A DNA stretch of 64,000 nt from Candidatus Poribacteria bacterium (GCA_965198175.1 OZ240245.1:1696001-1760000), one strand, 5' to 3'. Positions 38,057 through 48,691 are shown, numbered from the stretch's first letter. The notes: generated by a model not told the origin, from the sequence alone. Program-made: numbers and translations.

Positions 38057-38467
38057 ATGGAATCTAACAAGGAAGAGTGTCAATTCAGAGCAACGGCTCC
38101 GTACTTCATGGTACGAAGTCTAAAAGCATCGCTGGACTATTATCACAACGTGCTCGGTTTCGATATGCCGCCGCTTTGGGGTGAACCACCTTCGTTCGCA
38201 ATGCCGTCCCGGGACAGGTTTATCATCATGCTCAAAGAAGTTAAGCAAGGTACCGAGATAACAACCAACCGTAGCCAGGGTGGTTATTGGGACGCATACG
38301 TTTGGATTAACGATGCCGACGCGCTATTCACGGACTACAAAGAAAAGGGAGCCATCGTTGACTATGAACCATGCATTCGGCCAGAGTACGACATGAAAGA
38401 GTTTGGCGTTCGCGATTCAGATGGCCACGTCATTGGTTTTGGACAGCACTACCAAGGGGGAACCTAA
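38057..38467 (+). CDS. VOC/bleomycin resistance-like protein
   Basis: PYFMV.....LDYY..VLGF...Y.MKEFGVRDSDGH.IGFG. Confidence 0.85.
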   Translation: MESNKEECQFRATAPYFMVRSLKASLDYYHNVLGFDMPPLWGEPPSFAMPSRDRFIIMLKEVKQGTEITTNRSQGGYWDAYVWINDADALFTDYKEKGAIVDYEPCIRPEYDMKEFGVRDSDGHVIGFGQHYQGGT

Positions 38468-39051
38468 CGGGATTCGTCTGCTTTGTAATGTATTTGTAAC
38501 AATCTTGACGCCTTCCGACATCGGAATCCAGATCAGTTCCGAGAATTCCCGCGGAGAAAAGGAAAAGGTGACTTACCTACGGCTGGTATGCGAGCGAAAA
38601 TGACACGACCGATGGTCTCAGGTTAGAAAGTGAATCCATTCGCGAAGCTGTCTACCAAATAACATTCACCATCGTGAAACTCGAGGCACCGTGCTCCATT
38701 CCAGCTATGTGGTTTGGTCGTCCGGTACCAAGGGAGGCTCCCTCTATACATCTTCTGCACCCTCTGGTCTGACAGGATCGACTCTCCAGCAAGTGTCCCG
38801 CAGCCTACCAGCGAGTTGTTCATTTCAGCTAATATTGTGTATTGGGAGTTAAGCATGCTGCATAGACAAGCGGCGAATTCATGCTATTCGTGTCTATCAG
38901 AGTTTGTCCTGCGATTCTGGAGCGTCTAGTGATGGTTCGACTTCCAATTACTCGCTGCAATCCTGAACAATGAAAGGTGGCACTTTTCCCCGTGTAGGTA
39001 TTTTAATGTGGAAGTCATATTCGACACGGAGAAACAGAGGAGTTTACTTGA

Positions 39052-40635
39052 ATGGAAAATAAAGATTCAATGACAATACCTCAAGCCAGTGAGTGGGCAA
39101 CGGACTATATTAAAAAAAATGTAACAACTTCCAATATCTCTTATCTTATCCAATATGGAAGGATTCGGAAATATGACAACAATGGAACCACAACGGTCTC
39201 TAAACAGGATTTAATCGAATATTATCGCTCATATATCGGCAAGCGAGAAATCAACTGGAAAGCACAATTAGGCGAAGACATCAATTGGGGTTTGTCATTT
39301 GATTATCTGAAAGAAGCTGATACGACGAAACATGTCCATAGACTCCACCCATATAAAGGCAAGTTCATTCCCCAACTGGTTGAATACTTCTTAGACAATC
39401 ATACAGATGATTTCAAAAAAGATGTGTGTTTCACGCAAGGTGATATAATCCTCGATCCGTTTTGTGGTAGCGGCACAACACTGGTACAAGCTAGCGAGCT
39501 TGGAATGCACGCTATCGGCATTGATATTTCCGCATTTAATGCGCTAATTAGCAACATCAAAATAGAAAAACATAGTCTCCTTGATGTGCAGGAAGAAGTT
39601 CGCAACATCACAAACGCTCTGAAACGGTTTATCAGCCAATCCAATGTTGCTCAATTTGAAGCACAGCTTGCTGAAGAACTCAACGAGTTTAATTACGAAT
39701 ATTTTCCGTCACCTGATTTCAAATACAAAGTCAGGCAAGGACTGACCGATCAAGAGAAATACGGAAAAGAAAGGGAGGAGGAATTTTCGCTCAGGTATTT
39801 TCAACTAATTAACCAATATGGGATTAAGTTGTGGCAAAGAAAATCAGAGAATTTCCTCGATATGTGGTATTTATCACCTGTTAGAGAAGAAATTGATTTT
39901 GTCTTTGAGCGCGTCAAACACATCCAAAATCGTGAAACACAGCGGGTAATCGAGATTATTTTGAGTCGAACGATCCGCTCTTGTCGGGCAACAACACATG
40001 CAGATTTGGCAACCTTAAAAGAACCTGTAACGGCAGTCTATTATTGTTCCAAGCATGGGAAAATGTGCAAACCGTTGTTTTCCATATTGAGTTGGTGGGA
40101 ACGATACAGTCAAGATACAATACAGCGTCTCGTTCAATTCGATAAATTAAGGACAAGCACGTTTCAAACCTGTCTGACTGGTGATTCCCGGACAATTGAT
40201 ATTATCGAGGCATTAGAAGCAGTTAACCCAGATATTGCTCAACTGGTGAAGGAGCAGAAGATTAAAGGGGTTTTCTCTAGCCCACCATATGTTGGACTAA
40301 TCAACTATCACGAACAACACGCCTACGCCTATGATTTATTTGAATTTGATCGAAATGATGAACTAGAAATTGGACCGCTCTTCAGGGGCAAGGCAAAAGA
40401 AGCCAGAGATCGGTATATCAGAGGTATTTCAGAAGTGTTGAGGAATTGCACGAATTTTTTGGCAAAGGATTATGATGTTTTTCTGGTGGCAAATGACAAG
40501 TTCAACATGTATTCAACGATTGCGGAGCGTTCGGGAATGCGAATTGTCAATCAATATAAACGACCTGTTCTCAACCGAACGGAAAAGGACAAAGGCGCAT
40601 ACTCCGAAAGTATTTTCCATCTGAAGTCAAAATAG
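39052..40635 (+). CDS. Type II N4-cytosine DNA methyltransferase with N-terminal HTH-like extension
   Basis: HRLHPYKGKFIPQL, DPFCGSGTT (motif I) before SSPPY (motif IV); low GC. Confidence 0.88.
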   Translation: MENKDSMTIPQASEWATDYIKKNVTTSNISYLIQYGRIRKYDNNGTTTVSKQDLIEYYRSYIGKREINWKAQLGEDINWGLSFDYLKEADTTKHVHRLHPYKGKFIPQLVEYFLDNHTDDFKKDVCFTQGDIILDPFCGSGTTLVQASELGMHAIGIDISAFNALISNIKIEKHSLLDVQEEVRNITNALKRFISQSNVAQFEAQLAEELNEFNYEYFPSPDFKYKVRQGLTDQEKYGKEREEEFSLRYFQLINQYGIKLWQRKSENFLDMWYLSPVREEIDFVFERVKHIQNRETQRVIEIILSRTIRSCRATTHADLATLKEPVTAVYYCSKHGKMCKPLFSILSWWERYSQDTIQRLVQFDKLRTSTFQTCLTGDSRTIDIIEALEAVNPDIAQLVKEQKIKGVFSSPPYVGLINYHEQHAYAYDLFEFDRNDELEIGPLFRGKAKEARDRYIRGISEVLRNCTNFLAKDYDVFLVANDKFNMYSTIAERSGMRIVNQYKRPVLNRTEKDKGAYSESIFHLKSK

Positions 40636-40645
40636 CGTACAGATT

Positions 40646-41434
40646 GTGATAAATATGCCGTTATCCGAAGAACAAATAGCATCAGTCGAAGCAACAATCA
40701 AAAGAAGTTTAAGGAAAAAATTTCAAAATTACAAACGAGAGTCTAAAAACATGCCCTTTCACTACCGCCTGTTAGGGAAAGACAGGATGGCTCTTTACTC
40801 ATTTATTCAGTCGTTGAATACAACATTTGGCACATCTATTTTTGAACCAGTGGCAGAGACACTAGCCAAGACCCGTTTCGTAAACGCACAATCACAATAT
40901 GTTGTTGGCAACGAAATTAGTGAAGTAGCCCAAAACGAAATTCAGGGCATTATGAATAAACTAACAACTGGAGAAACAGATCCTGATAAACGCGAAGAAA
41001 TTCAGAGGATTAGGACTGTGTGTCAAAAAGGTCAGATGAATAGATTGCGAACTGTGAAGGCTGATCTGTTTGTTGAAAACGATGAAGGTTCATTATTATT
41101 TTTCGATCTGAAAACAGTCAAGCCAAACAAGGGCGACTTTGAGAAGTTTAAGAGAACACTGTTAGAATGGTGCGCAATCGCTTTAGCAAAGAATCCAGAC
41201 CTTGATATTCACACTATCATTGCAATTCCTTACAATCCGTATGAACCGGAATCTTATAAACGCTGGACAGCAAAGGGGATGTTGGATTTGGGACAAGAAC
41301 TAGAAGTTGCCAACGAATTTTGGGATTTCTTAGGTGGCGATGGTGCGTATCAAGATTTGTTAGACTGTTTTGAAAAAATCGGCATTGAATTACGGCCTGA
41401 GATTGATCAGTACTTTGAAAAATTCAGAAATTGA
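40646..41434 (+). CDS. TdeIII/MjaII-family type II restriction endonuclease
   Basis: MPFHYRLLGKDRMALYSFIQSLNTTFGTSIFEP, ADLF...DLKTVKPN, IPYNPY. Confidence 0.82.
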   Translation: MINMPLSEEQIASVEATIKRSLRKKFQNYKRESKNMPFHYRLLGKDRMALYSFIQSLNTTFGTSIFEPVAETLAKTRFVNAQSQYVVGNEISEVAQNEIQGIMNKLTTGETDPDKREEIQRIRTVCQKGQMNRLRTVKADLFVENDEGSLLFFDLKTVKPNKGDFEKFKRTLLEWCAIALAKNPDLDIHTIIAIPYNPYEPESYKRWTAKGMLDLGQELEVANEFWDFLGGDGAYQDLLDCFEKIGIELRPEIDQYFEKFRN

Positions 41435-41458
41435 TTCAAATCCGAAACAGGAGCGACA

Positions 41459-42595
41459 ATGGAAAGAAATCTACCGATAACAGACTCAAACCTTCACTCC
41501 ATCCACGACAAAGTGCAAGTGAAGGAGCGTCTCTCATTTGACGACGGTGTCACGCTCTATGAAAGTCCCGATATCACAGGCGTCGGGTATCTCGCCAACA
41601 TCGTGCGAGAGCGCCAGAACGGGAATTTCGCCTACTACAATCTTAACCAGCATATCGACTACTCGAATGTGTGTATTTTGCATGCACGCTGTCACTTCTG
41701 TGCGTTTGCGCGTAAGAACATAAAGACGGAAGGGGCGTGGGAGATGAGCGTAGATGAATTTCTTGACAAGGCGACGTATTCGATCGACCACGGTTGCACG
41801 GAAATTCACAGCGTCGGCGGATTGCATCCGAAGTTGCCGTTTGAATACTACCTCGACATGCTGCGTGGACTCAAAAAACGGATGCCGCAGGTCCATCTAA
41901 AGTTTTTCACGGCTGTGGAGATTCACCACTTTTCTCGGATATTCAAGATGTCGATTGAGGAGGTCTTGATTGCGTTGCGTGAGGCGGGGCTAGATTCGCT
42001 TCCTGGCGGTGGTGCGGAAATCTTCGCGGAGGAAACGCGGGAAAAAATTTGTCCCGGCAAACTGAGTGCAGAAGGGTGGCTTGAGGTGCATGACATCGCA
42101 CACCGGCTCGGTATTCCAACAAACGCAACGATGCTCTACGGGCACCTCGAAACGGTCGAAGATCGGGTAGACCACCTGATTCGTTTGCGCAGACGACAGG
42201 ACAGGTCGGGCGGTTTTGTTACGTTCATTCCGCTTGCGTTTCACCCAGCGAACACACGCATGGCGTACCTACCGAGCACGTCGGGCTTAACAGATCTACA
42301 GAATATTGCAGTATCCCGCTTGATGCTAGACAACTTCCCTCATATCAAAGCCTACTGGATTATGATTGGGCTGAAGGTTGCGCAGGTCTCATTGAGCTAT
42401 GGCGCAGACGATATCGACGGGACAGTGACGGAGGAGAAGATTACTCACATGGCTGGCGCGACGACACCCGAATCTATCACAGTGGCGGAGATTGCCCGCT
42501 TAATCAGAGAGGTGGGAAAGATTCCCATTGAACGTGACACGCTCTATAACGAAATCATTCGAGAGGGGCATCGATGGTACAGAAAGGCCGCGTAA
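41459..42595 (+). CDS. mqnE: Aminofutalosine synthase (radical SAM)
   Basis: EIHSVGGLHP, PGGGAEIF, TNATMLYGH.E, HIKAYWIM, GADDIDGTV.EEKI.H.AGA; adjacent to mqnA. Confidence 0.88.
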   Translation: MERNLPITDSNLHSIHDKVQVKERLSFDDGVTLYESPDITGVGYLANIVRERQNGNFAYYNLNQHIDYSNVCILHARCHFCAFARKNIKTEGAWEMSVDEFLDKATYSIDHGCTEIHSVGGLHPKLPFEYYLDMLRGLKKRMPQVHLKFFTAVEIHHFSRIFKMSIEEVLIALREAGLDSLPGGGAEIFAEETREKICPGKLSAEGWLEVHDIAHRLGIPTNATMLYGHLETVEDRVDHLIRLRRRQDRSGGFVTFIPLAFHPANTRMAYLPSTSGLTDLQNIAVSRLMLDNFPHIKAYWIMIGLKVAQVSLSYGADDIDGTVTEEKITHMAGATTPESITVAEIARLIREVGKIPIERDTLYNEIIREGHRWYRKAA

Positions 42596-43383
42596 GGGTC
42601 GGTGCGGTTTCATACCTGAACACAAAACCTCTAATCTATCCACTCTTAAACAATTCCCAAAATCTGACCAATGAAGAGATCGATCTTTTCCTCGATTATC
42701 CCAGCCGTTTGGCTGACGACTTGAAAGCTGGCAACCTTGATGTGGCGTTGATTCCAATCATCGAGTATTTCCGGAGCCCCGGCTATCGGATTGTTCCCAA
42801 CATGTCAATTTCCTCTCGGGGCCCTGTCCGTAGCATCCAATTTTTCACCCATGTACCGATTGCCACCATCCGCCGCATCGCATTTGACACGAGCTCACGA
42901 AGTTCTTGCGCCCTTGTGCAGATTTGGCTCGCTGAGAAGTACCATCTCTACCCTGAGATTATTTCATGTCCACCTTCTACCGACCCACGTTCAGTTGATG
43001 CGGACGCGGTCTTACTAATTGGCGATGCTGCGATGAGATGCCGGTATCCAGCAGATTCTGCCTTAGATCTCGGTGCAGAGTGGCAGGAGTTCGTGGGCTT
43101 GCCATTCGTCTATGCATGCTGGGTGGCAAGAGAAAATGTCGAGCTCCGGAATGTGACTCACATCCTACAACGTGCTAAGCAAATTGGCATCAATCAGATT
43201 CCAGAAATTGCACATGCGGAAGCTCAAAAACTCGGGTTTCCGGATGATATGTGTCAGGATTATCTAACTAATCATATATATTATGACCTCGGTGAGCTGG
43301 AAATTGCAGGTATGATGAAGTTTTACGAACTTGCGGTTAAATACGGTCTAGCACTGCCGGATATAACCCCGAAGTTTGTGTAA
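42574..43383 (+). CDS. mqnA: Chorismate dehydratase (futalosine pathway)
   Basis: VSYLNTKPL, GPVRSI, SRSS, LLIGDAA, DLG.EW...GLPFVYA.W. Confidence 0.92.
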   Translation: MVQKGRVRVGAVSYLNTKPLIYPLLNNSQNLTNEEIDLFLDYPSRLADDLKAGNLDVALIPIIEYFRSPGYRIVPNMSISSRGPVRSIQFFTHVPIATIRRIAFDTSSRSSCALVQIWLAEKYHLYPEIISCPPSTDPRSVDADAVLLIGDAAMRCRYPADSALDLGAEWQEFVGLPFVYACWVARENVELRNVTHILQRAKQIGINQIPEIAHAEAQKLGFPDDMCQDYLTNHIYYDLGELEIAGMMKFYELAVKYGLALPDITPKFV

Positions 43384-43433
43384 GACAAAGCTCAAATCTA
43401 AATGTTATACGTATTCTTGAGGTATTGTGCAAC

Positions 43434-44711
43434 ATGGTTGAATCGACTCTCTTTGATTCATCTTATGAAACCCGGAAACGTCCGCGGCTGAACCAGGTTC
43501 TGGATCAACTTCGTCCAATGTACTCGTCGGATGAACTGAAAGTATTGCGCATTGACAGAATCAGTGAGGAGGTCCTGTCTCTGCGCTCCGGACGTGGGTT
43601 TGTCAATCGGGAAATTCTCGAAATCGTACTAGGCAATCTGTTAGAATGTGTGGCGCCCGGTTCGCACAACGCCCCGCATCCGTTGCACCAAGAGCGTGAG
43701 TTGCCAGAAGCAATTGAGGAAGTTGCAGACCAGCTCTACGCGATGATTACCCAATCCTTTTTGGCTGCTGGCGACGAAGACACTTTGGAAGACCGGGCAC
43801 TAGACATTACCTTTGCGCTGCTCTGGGAACTTCCCCATTTTAAAATGCGCGCGCAATGGAATCGCTTCGCTTCCTTTAAAGACCCAGCCGTGTGGGATGC
43901 CTACCTCCTTCATGGCGGTGTTTCCCGCGAAAAACTCTCTGAACTTAACATCGGCGCACAAATAGACAAGGCTATCGCTGCAAGGGACTTTCAACCCTAT
44001 CAAAATGCCCTGAATCGTCTTGATTTGGCATATGCTTTTGACTATCAGATGCAACTGGTTATGAGTACCTACCCCGGTTGGCGGTTGCTCTTATACCACG
44101 ATGTCGCCCACGCTTTGACAAAATCGGGCTCCGTCGAAGGCAATCCCGATCTCTATCGAACCCCCGTACCATTCTTGCCTCGTGCAATGTCTGAACTCGG
44201 AGGACGCTACTATCAGGCAGACCTACACCCCGAAACCCAAATCGACGACGCCAACTTTCTCGATCACCCTCACCGTGGCATCACCACCGGGCAAACTGGA
44301 ATCATTGGGTCGGGCTGCGTTATCTATCCCTGCACGCTCGGGGGCATGAGTGTCAGAGTGAAGCAACGTCATCCCATCATCGGCGATTTTGTACGGATTG
44401 GTACGGACGCAAGTTTATTGGGTCCTGTAAAGATTGGAGATCACTCTACCGTCGGACCTAACGCGGAACTTCATGGTTTTGTGGAAATCGAGGCTGGCTG
44501 TGATATCGGTTCCTCGGTGGTAATTGGTACCGTCAGAAACGCATCTGTCAAACCGGGCATGATTCGCATAGGACGAAGCGTCCGCGTCGGCGATGGCACA
44601 ATTATCGAAAACATTTCCGCAATAGATCTCATTATTCCGGATAAGGCAGAGATTCCCGCACGCAGCCATATTGCTAACGATGGCTTTGGGCATCCCAGAT
44701 ACTTAATGTAA
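43434..44711 (+). CDS. Divergent serine acetyltransferase (CysE)-like protein with long N-terminal extension
   Basis: YPG..LL.H.VAH.L, DLHP...I, LDH, TLGG...RHP.IGD and hexapeptide repeats. Confidence 0.65.
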   Translation: MVESTLFDSSYETRKRPRLNQVLDQLRPMYSSDELKVLRIDRISEEVLSLRSGRGFVNREILEIVLGNLLECVAPGSHNAPHPLHQERELPEAIEEVADQLYAMITQSFLAAGDEDTLEDRALDITFALLWELPHFKMRAQWNRFASFKDPAVWDAYLLHGGVSREKLSELNIGAQIDKAIAARDFQPYQNALNRLDLAYAFDYQMQLVMSTYPGWRLLLYHDVAHALTKSGSVEGNPDLYRTPVPFLPRAMSELGGRYYQADLHPETQIDDANFLDHPHRGITTGQTGIIGSGCVIYPCTLGGMSVRVKQRHPIIGDFVRIGTDASLLGPVKIGDHSTVGPNAELHGFVEIEAGCDIGSSVVIGTVRNASVKPGMIRIGRSVRVGDGTIIENISAIDLIIPDKAEIPARSHIANDGFGHPRYLM

Positions 44712-44838
44712 AAGGACTCATGGTAAGATTCGGCAGAAGTATTTAATCGTTAATGTCGCAAGCCAAAACCTTTCGGCTTGCATTTTTTCCCAGCTTCATA
44801 TACAATAATGCAGATGAAAAAGGGAGAGTGATATCGTA

Positions 44839-45849
44839 TTGCAGAATCGAGAGTCCTTGAGCGTCCCGATACAGGACCATGCTGAAGCACAAGTGCTCTT
44901 CGGTCAAGCGGATGTTTTTCTGAAAATTGTCGAAGATAGCTTCAACGCCACAGTTATTCTGAAAAGCGACGGCTTGAAAATTGTCGGCGATGATTCCAAG
45001 GATGTTCACCGTGTTGGGAAGACGTTTGAATCGCTACTCAATCTTGTTCGAAGCGGTCAACAAATCGACGCGAGCGATGTCAAACACGCGGTACGGGCTT
45101 CGAAAAGCGAGATACTTGTTCAGTCGGAACAAACAGCAGAAGCAGCGATTCCCGTATATTCCAAACGTGGAATTGTGCGCCCGAAGACCCCTGGACAGAG
45201 ACGTTATGTGGAAGCGATTAAGAACCACGATCTTGTCATTGGGATTGGCCCAGCAGGAACGGGAAAAACCTACCTTGCAATGGCAATGGCTGTTTCAGCC
45301 TTAAAAGGTGGACAGATTAGTCGAATTCTTTTAACCCGCCCTGCTGTTGAAGCGGGTGAGAAGCTCGGTTTTTTGCCTGGGGACATTGCTGCGAAGATTG
45401 ACCCTTATTTGCGACCTTTGTACGATGCGCTTTACGATATGATTCCCCCTGAATCCCTTGAGCGTTATCTTGAGCGTAATATAATTGAAGTTGCCCCGCT
45501 CGCTTTTATGCGAGGACGTACTCTCAATAACTCTTTCGTTGTTCTTGACGAAGCGCAAAATGCAACCGTTGAGCAGATGAAGATGTTTCTCACTCGGCTC
45601 GGTTATGATTCCAAGGCGGTTGTCACTGGAGACATCACCCAAACGGACTTACCTTTCGGCAAGATGTCGGGGCTTGCTGACGCTCAAGCAGTGCTCTCCA
45701 CCATTGAGGGAATTGCGTGTATCCACTTTTCAAGCGAAGATGTCGTTCGACATGAGCTAGTCCAACGGATTGTTGAGGCTTACGAAAGTCGTGAAGTTGG
45801 TCCATCCCAAAACCCCAACCACTCTGAGGAAAATGAACGTCAAACTTGA
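44839..45849 (+). CDS. phoH: PhoH-like ATPase (YbeZ type)
   Basis: GPAGTGKTYLA, TRPAVEAGEKLGFLPG, FMRGRTL, LDEAQN, GDITQ.DLP. Confidence 0.95.
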   Translation: MQNRESLSVPIQDHAEAQVLFGQADVFLKIVEDSFNATVILKSDGLKIVGDDSKDVHRVGKTFESLLNLVRSGQQIDASDVKHAVRASKSEILVQSEQTAEAAIPVYSKRGIVRPKTPGQRRYVEAIKNHDLVIGIGPAGTGKTYLAMAMAVSALKGGQISRILLTRPAVEAGEKLGFLPGDIAAKIDPYLRPLYDALYDMIPPESLERYLERNIIEVAPLAFMRGRTLNNSFVVLDEAQNATVEQMKMFLTRLGYDSKAVVTGDITQTDLPFGKMSGLADAQAVLSTIEGIACIHFSSEDVVRHELVQRIVEAYESREVGPSQNPNHSEENERQT

Positions 45850-45861
45850 ACAGTCGCACCG

Positions 45862-46287
45862 ATGATTCTCACCAGCAATAACAGTCAGAACCCCGATTTG
45901 GATGAAACAACTATCTATAAGGCGGCGTTGGCATCGTTAAGAACGCACGGTTTGGAAGATTGCGAAGTGAGTATATTGGTAACGGATGACCTTGAGATTG
46001 AAGCCCTTAATCGGCAATATCGTCATATTACCGCGCCAACTGATGTGTTAGCCTTTGCGATGCATGAGGGCATTGATGGCGATTTGCATCCGCAACTGCT
46101 CGGTGATTTGGTAATATCTGTTCAGACCGCTCAACGCCAAGCCGCTGCCCAACACCATTCCCTCGAAGTTGAACTCGCCTGGCTTACTGTACATGGCATG
46201 CTTCATCTCCTCGGCTACGACCATCAAACTCCACAAGAAGCTGAGATTATGTTCGAGAAACAAGAAGCGATTCTCCGACTGATTTAG
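45862..46287 (+). CDS. ybeY: rRNA maturation endoribonuclease
   Basis: LNRQYR....TDVLAF, LGD.VIS, HGMLHLLGYDH. Confidence 0.95.
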   Translation: MILTSNNSQNPDLDETTIYKAALASLRTHGLEDCEVSILVTDDLEIEALNRQYRHITAPTDVLAFAMHEGIDGDLHPQLLGDLVISVQTAQRQAAAQHHSLEVELAWLTVHGMLHLLGYDHQTPQEAEIMFEKQEAILRLI

Positions 46288-46364
46288 TCATAATCACTAC
46301 GCAACTTTGTTCTGGGAGCGCAGTTTTTCACCTTGCATAATTTTGAAGGCTCAACTTTAGGAGT

Positions 46365-47684
46365 GTGATTTCACACTTGGATGACATAGACAGTATCCTT
46401 AAACTGGTTGGTTTGTTTGCTCTGTTTATCTTAGCAGCATTTTTTTCAGCCGCAGAAACACTACTTAGCCGACTGACCAGGAATGATATTCTGAATATAG
46501 CAGAAGCGGGTGGCAAGCGGTATGAGATTTTGGCTTCTCTCCTTCGGGATTCACGGAGATATTCAGCGACGATTATCATCGCCAAAAGCGGATTAATCGT
46601 CGCTATTGTTGTGATATTCATGTCCATGGTCAGTGTTGGGCCTCCGGGAATCAGGAGTGTTATTGGGGCGATTCTTGCCGCAGTCGCCATTGTAGTCATC
46701 ACCGAGTTTATCCCGAAAAACTATGTCCGAGGAAGTTCCGAGAATTCAACAATTCATGCCTTACGCTTTCTGCGAATTACCTATTGGATTCTATATTTTG
46801 TAATCAAACCGTTAACCTTGCTTGGATACTTCGGTGTGCGCATTCTGGGTGGAAAGGTTCAAACTGAACAAGATAGTATCGTTTCACCAGAGGAGCTAGA
46901 AACAGTAGTCAATGTTGGAGATAGCCAGGAGATTTTAGAAGCGGAAGAACGAGAAATGATTTCGCGTATACTAGATCTGCCTGACATCGTTGCACGCGAG
47001 ATTATCATCCCCCGAACAGATATGGTATGCCTAGAGGTTTCCACATCTGAGGAAGAAGTTCTCCGGACAGCCATTGGGTCAAGACATTCCCGAATTCCTG
47101 TTTACGAAGAAACAATCGATTATATCATCGGTATCCTTAACGTGAAGGATATGTTGGATTATTGGGCTGAAGGCAAGGCGATAGATTTAAGGGCGCTCGT
47201 CACGGATAGGCCTCCGTTTTTCACACCCGAAAGCAAAAAAATCTCGAATCTCTTTCGCGATTTGCGTGCTAATAAGCAGCATATGGCAATCGTTGTCGAT
47301 GAATATGGTGGTACCGCCGGAGTTGTTACCTTGGAAGATATTATTGAGGAGATTGTCGGTGAAATTCAAGATGAATACGATTCCGACGAGCAGGAAGAAT
47401 GCCTTCCGTTGGGCGAAAATGTGTATTCGGTTGACGCGCGCATGAGCATAGACAATCTGAATGAACAACTCGGCACACAGATACAATCGGAAAACGTAGA
47501 CACTGTCGGCGGATTTGTAGTCGATTACTTCGGGAAAGTTCCTGAACAAGGAGATCGATTTTCTTATCAGGGCATGGAGTTTACCGTATTGGAAGCGGAT
47601 GAACGGCGGGTTCACCGGATTCAAATTCAGACCCTTAATATGACGAAAGGCGAATCTAACCGGACTGAAATTATCGGACAGTAG
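46365..47684 (+). CDS. Hemolysin/CNNM family CBS-domain protein (TlyC/CorC-like)
   Basis: AFFSAAET, E.IPK, HSRIPVY, VVDEYGGTAG.VTLEDI.EEIVGEI. Confidence 0.92.
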   Translation: MISHLDDIDSILKLVGLFALFILAAFFSAAETLLSRLTRNDILNIAEAGGKRYEILASLLRDSRRYSATIIIAKSGLIVAIVVIFMSMVSVGPPGIRSVIGAILAAVAIVVITEFIPKNYVRGSSENSTIHALRFLRITYWILYFVIKPLTLLGYFGVRILGGKVQTEQDSIVSPEELETVVNVGDSQEILEAEEREMISRILDLPDIVAREIIIPRTDMVCLEVSTSEEEVLRTAIGSRHSRIPVYEETIDYIIGILNVKDMLDYWAEGKAIDLRALVTDRPPFFTPESKKISNLFRDLRANKQHMAIVVDEYGGTAGVVTLEDIIEEIVGEIQDEYDSDEQEECLPLGENVYSVDARMSIDNLNEQLGTQIQSENVDTVGGFVVDYFGKVPEQGDRFSYQGMEFTVLEADERRVHRIQIQTLNMTKGESNRTEIIGQ

Positions 47685-47734
47685 GTTCTTCTTTTTTATT
47701 TGTCAACGCACATGGAAGGCATAACAAAGGAAGC

Positions 47735-47764
47735 TTGACAGGCTCTTAGTGATTATGATACAAT
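47735..47764 (+). promoter_or_regulatory. Promoter of tRNA-Pro/recO
   Basis: TTGACA-18 bp-TACAAT with TGn extension. Confidence 0.6.
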
Positions 47765-47796
47765 CAGGAGCGCGATGCATTGGTTTTTAACCCAAT

Positions 47797-47871
<75 letters not shown>

Positions 47872-47938
47872 TCCACAATGTCATGGGACAATGGCTCGAT
47901 CAATCAATCGGCCTATTGTCCCATTTTGTTATCGTAAA

Positions 47939-48691
47939 ATGCCAGTCCAAAAAACACCTGCGATTGTCATTCGATTTTTCCCTCTCCGTGAATCTGACAA
48001 AATCATCACATTTTATACAGCTGATTTTGGCAAGATTAAGGCTGTCGCCCGAGGTGTCAGGCGTCCGAAGAGTCGTCTCGCGGGGGGACTTGAACTCCTG
48101 AATTACGGAACGCTAGTATTTTTTGAACGTCCGAATAAAGATCTCCAGATTGTCAATGATTTTGATTTGATTAGTTCCTTTGAAGGAATCAAAGCGGATT
48201 TCGATCGGACAACTTACGGCTGTTATCTAGCGGAGCTGATTGGCGCAATTGAGTCGGATCATTCGGTAAACCAACGGATATTTCATCTGCTACAACACGG
48301 GTTTGAAACGTTGACGCAGGTTGATGATATTGCGTTATTTGCTCGTGCTTTCGAGTTACAATTGCTAGGTTTAGCAGGATATGCACCGCAGCTTTCTCAC
48401 TGTGTGGCTTGTACCCACGTTATTCAGGATGCAGCGTTGCATTTTAGTTCCCGCTTTGGTGGATTACTCTGTGTGAGATGTAGAGATCGTGATGCAAGTG
48501 CGCTATCGATTTCACGAGGAAGTTGTCAGTTAATGCAGCAACTGCAAAAATCTAGTCTATCGCGTTTAGGGCGCTTTCGCGCATCAAATCTCAATCATCG
48601 GGAGCTCAAATTTGTGCTTTCAACCTTCATCTCGTATTATATTGAGCGTGATTTGAAGAGCTTAAAATTCATTGATAGCCTCAATATGTAA
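47939..48691 (+). CDS. recO: DNA repair protein RecO
   Basis: ESDKIIT.YT...GKI..VARG.RRPKSRL, FEL.LL...GY.P, C..C...GG..C..C. Confidence 0.93.
   Translation: MPVQKTPAIVIRFFPLRESDKIITFYTADFGKIKAVARGVRRPKSRLAGGLELLNYGTLVFFERPNKDLQIVNDFDLISSFEGIKADFDRTTYGCYLAELIGAIESDHSVNQRIFHLLQHGFETLTQVDDIALFARAFELQLLGLAGYAPQLSHCVACTHVIQDAALHFSSRFGGLLCVRCRDRDASALSISRGSCQLMQQLQKSSLSRLGRFRASNLNHRELKFVLSTFISYYIERDLKSLKFIDSLNM

Noticed and set aside
38470..39050. Short ORFs between the VOC gene and the methylase
   Set aside because: No SD or family motif recognised; possibly decayed DNA, but I cannot support a call.
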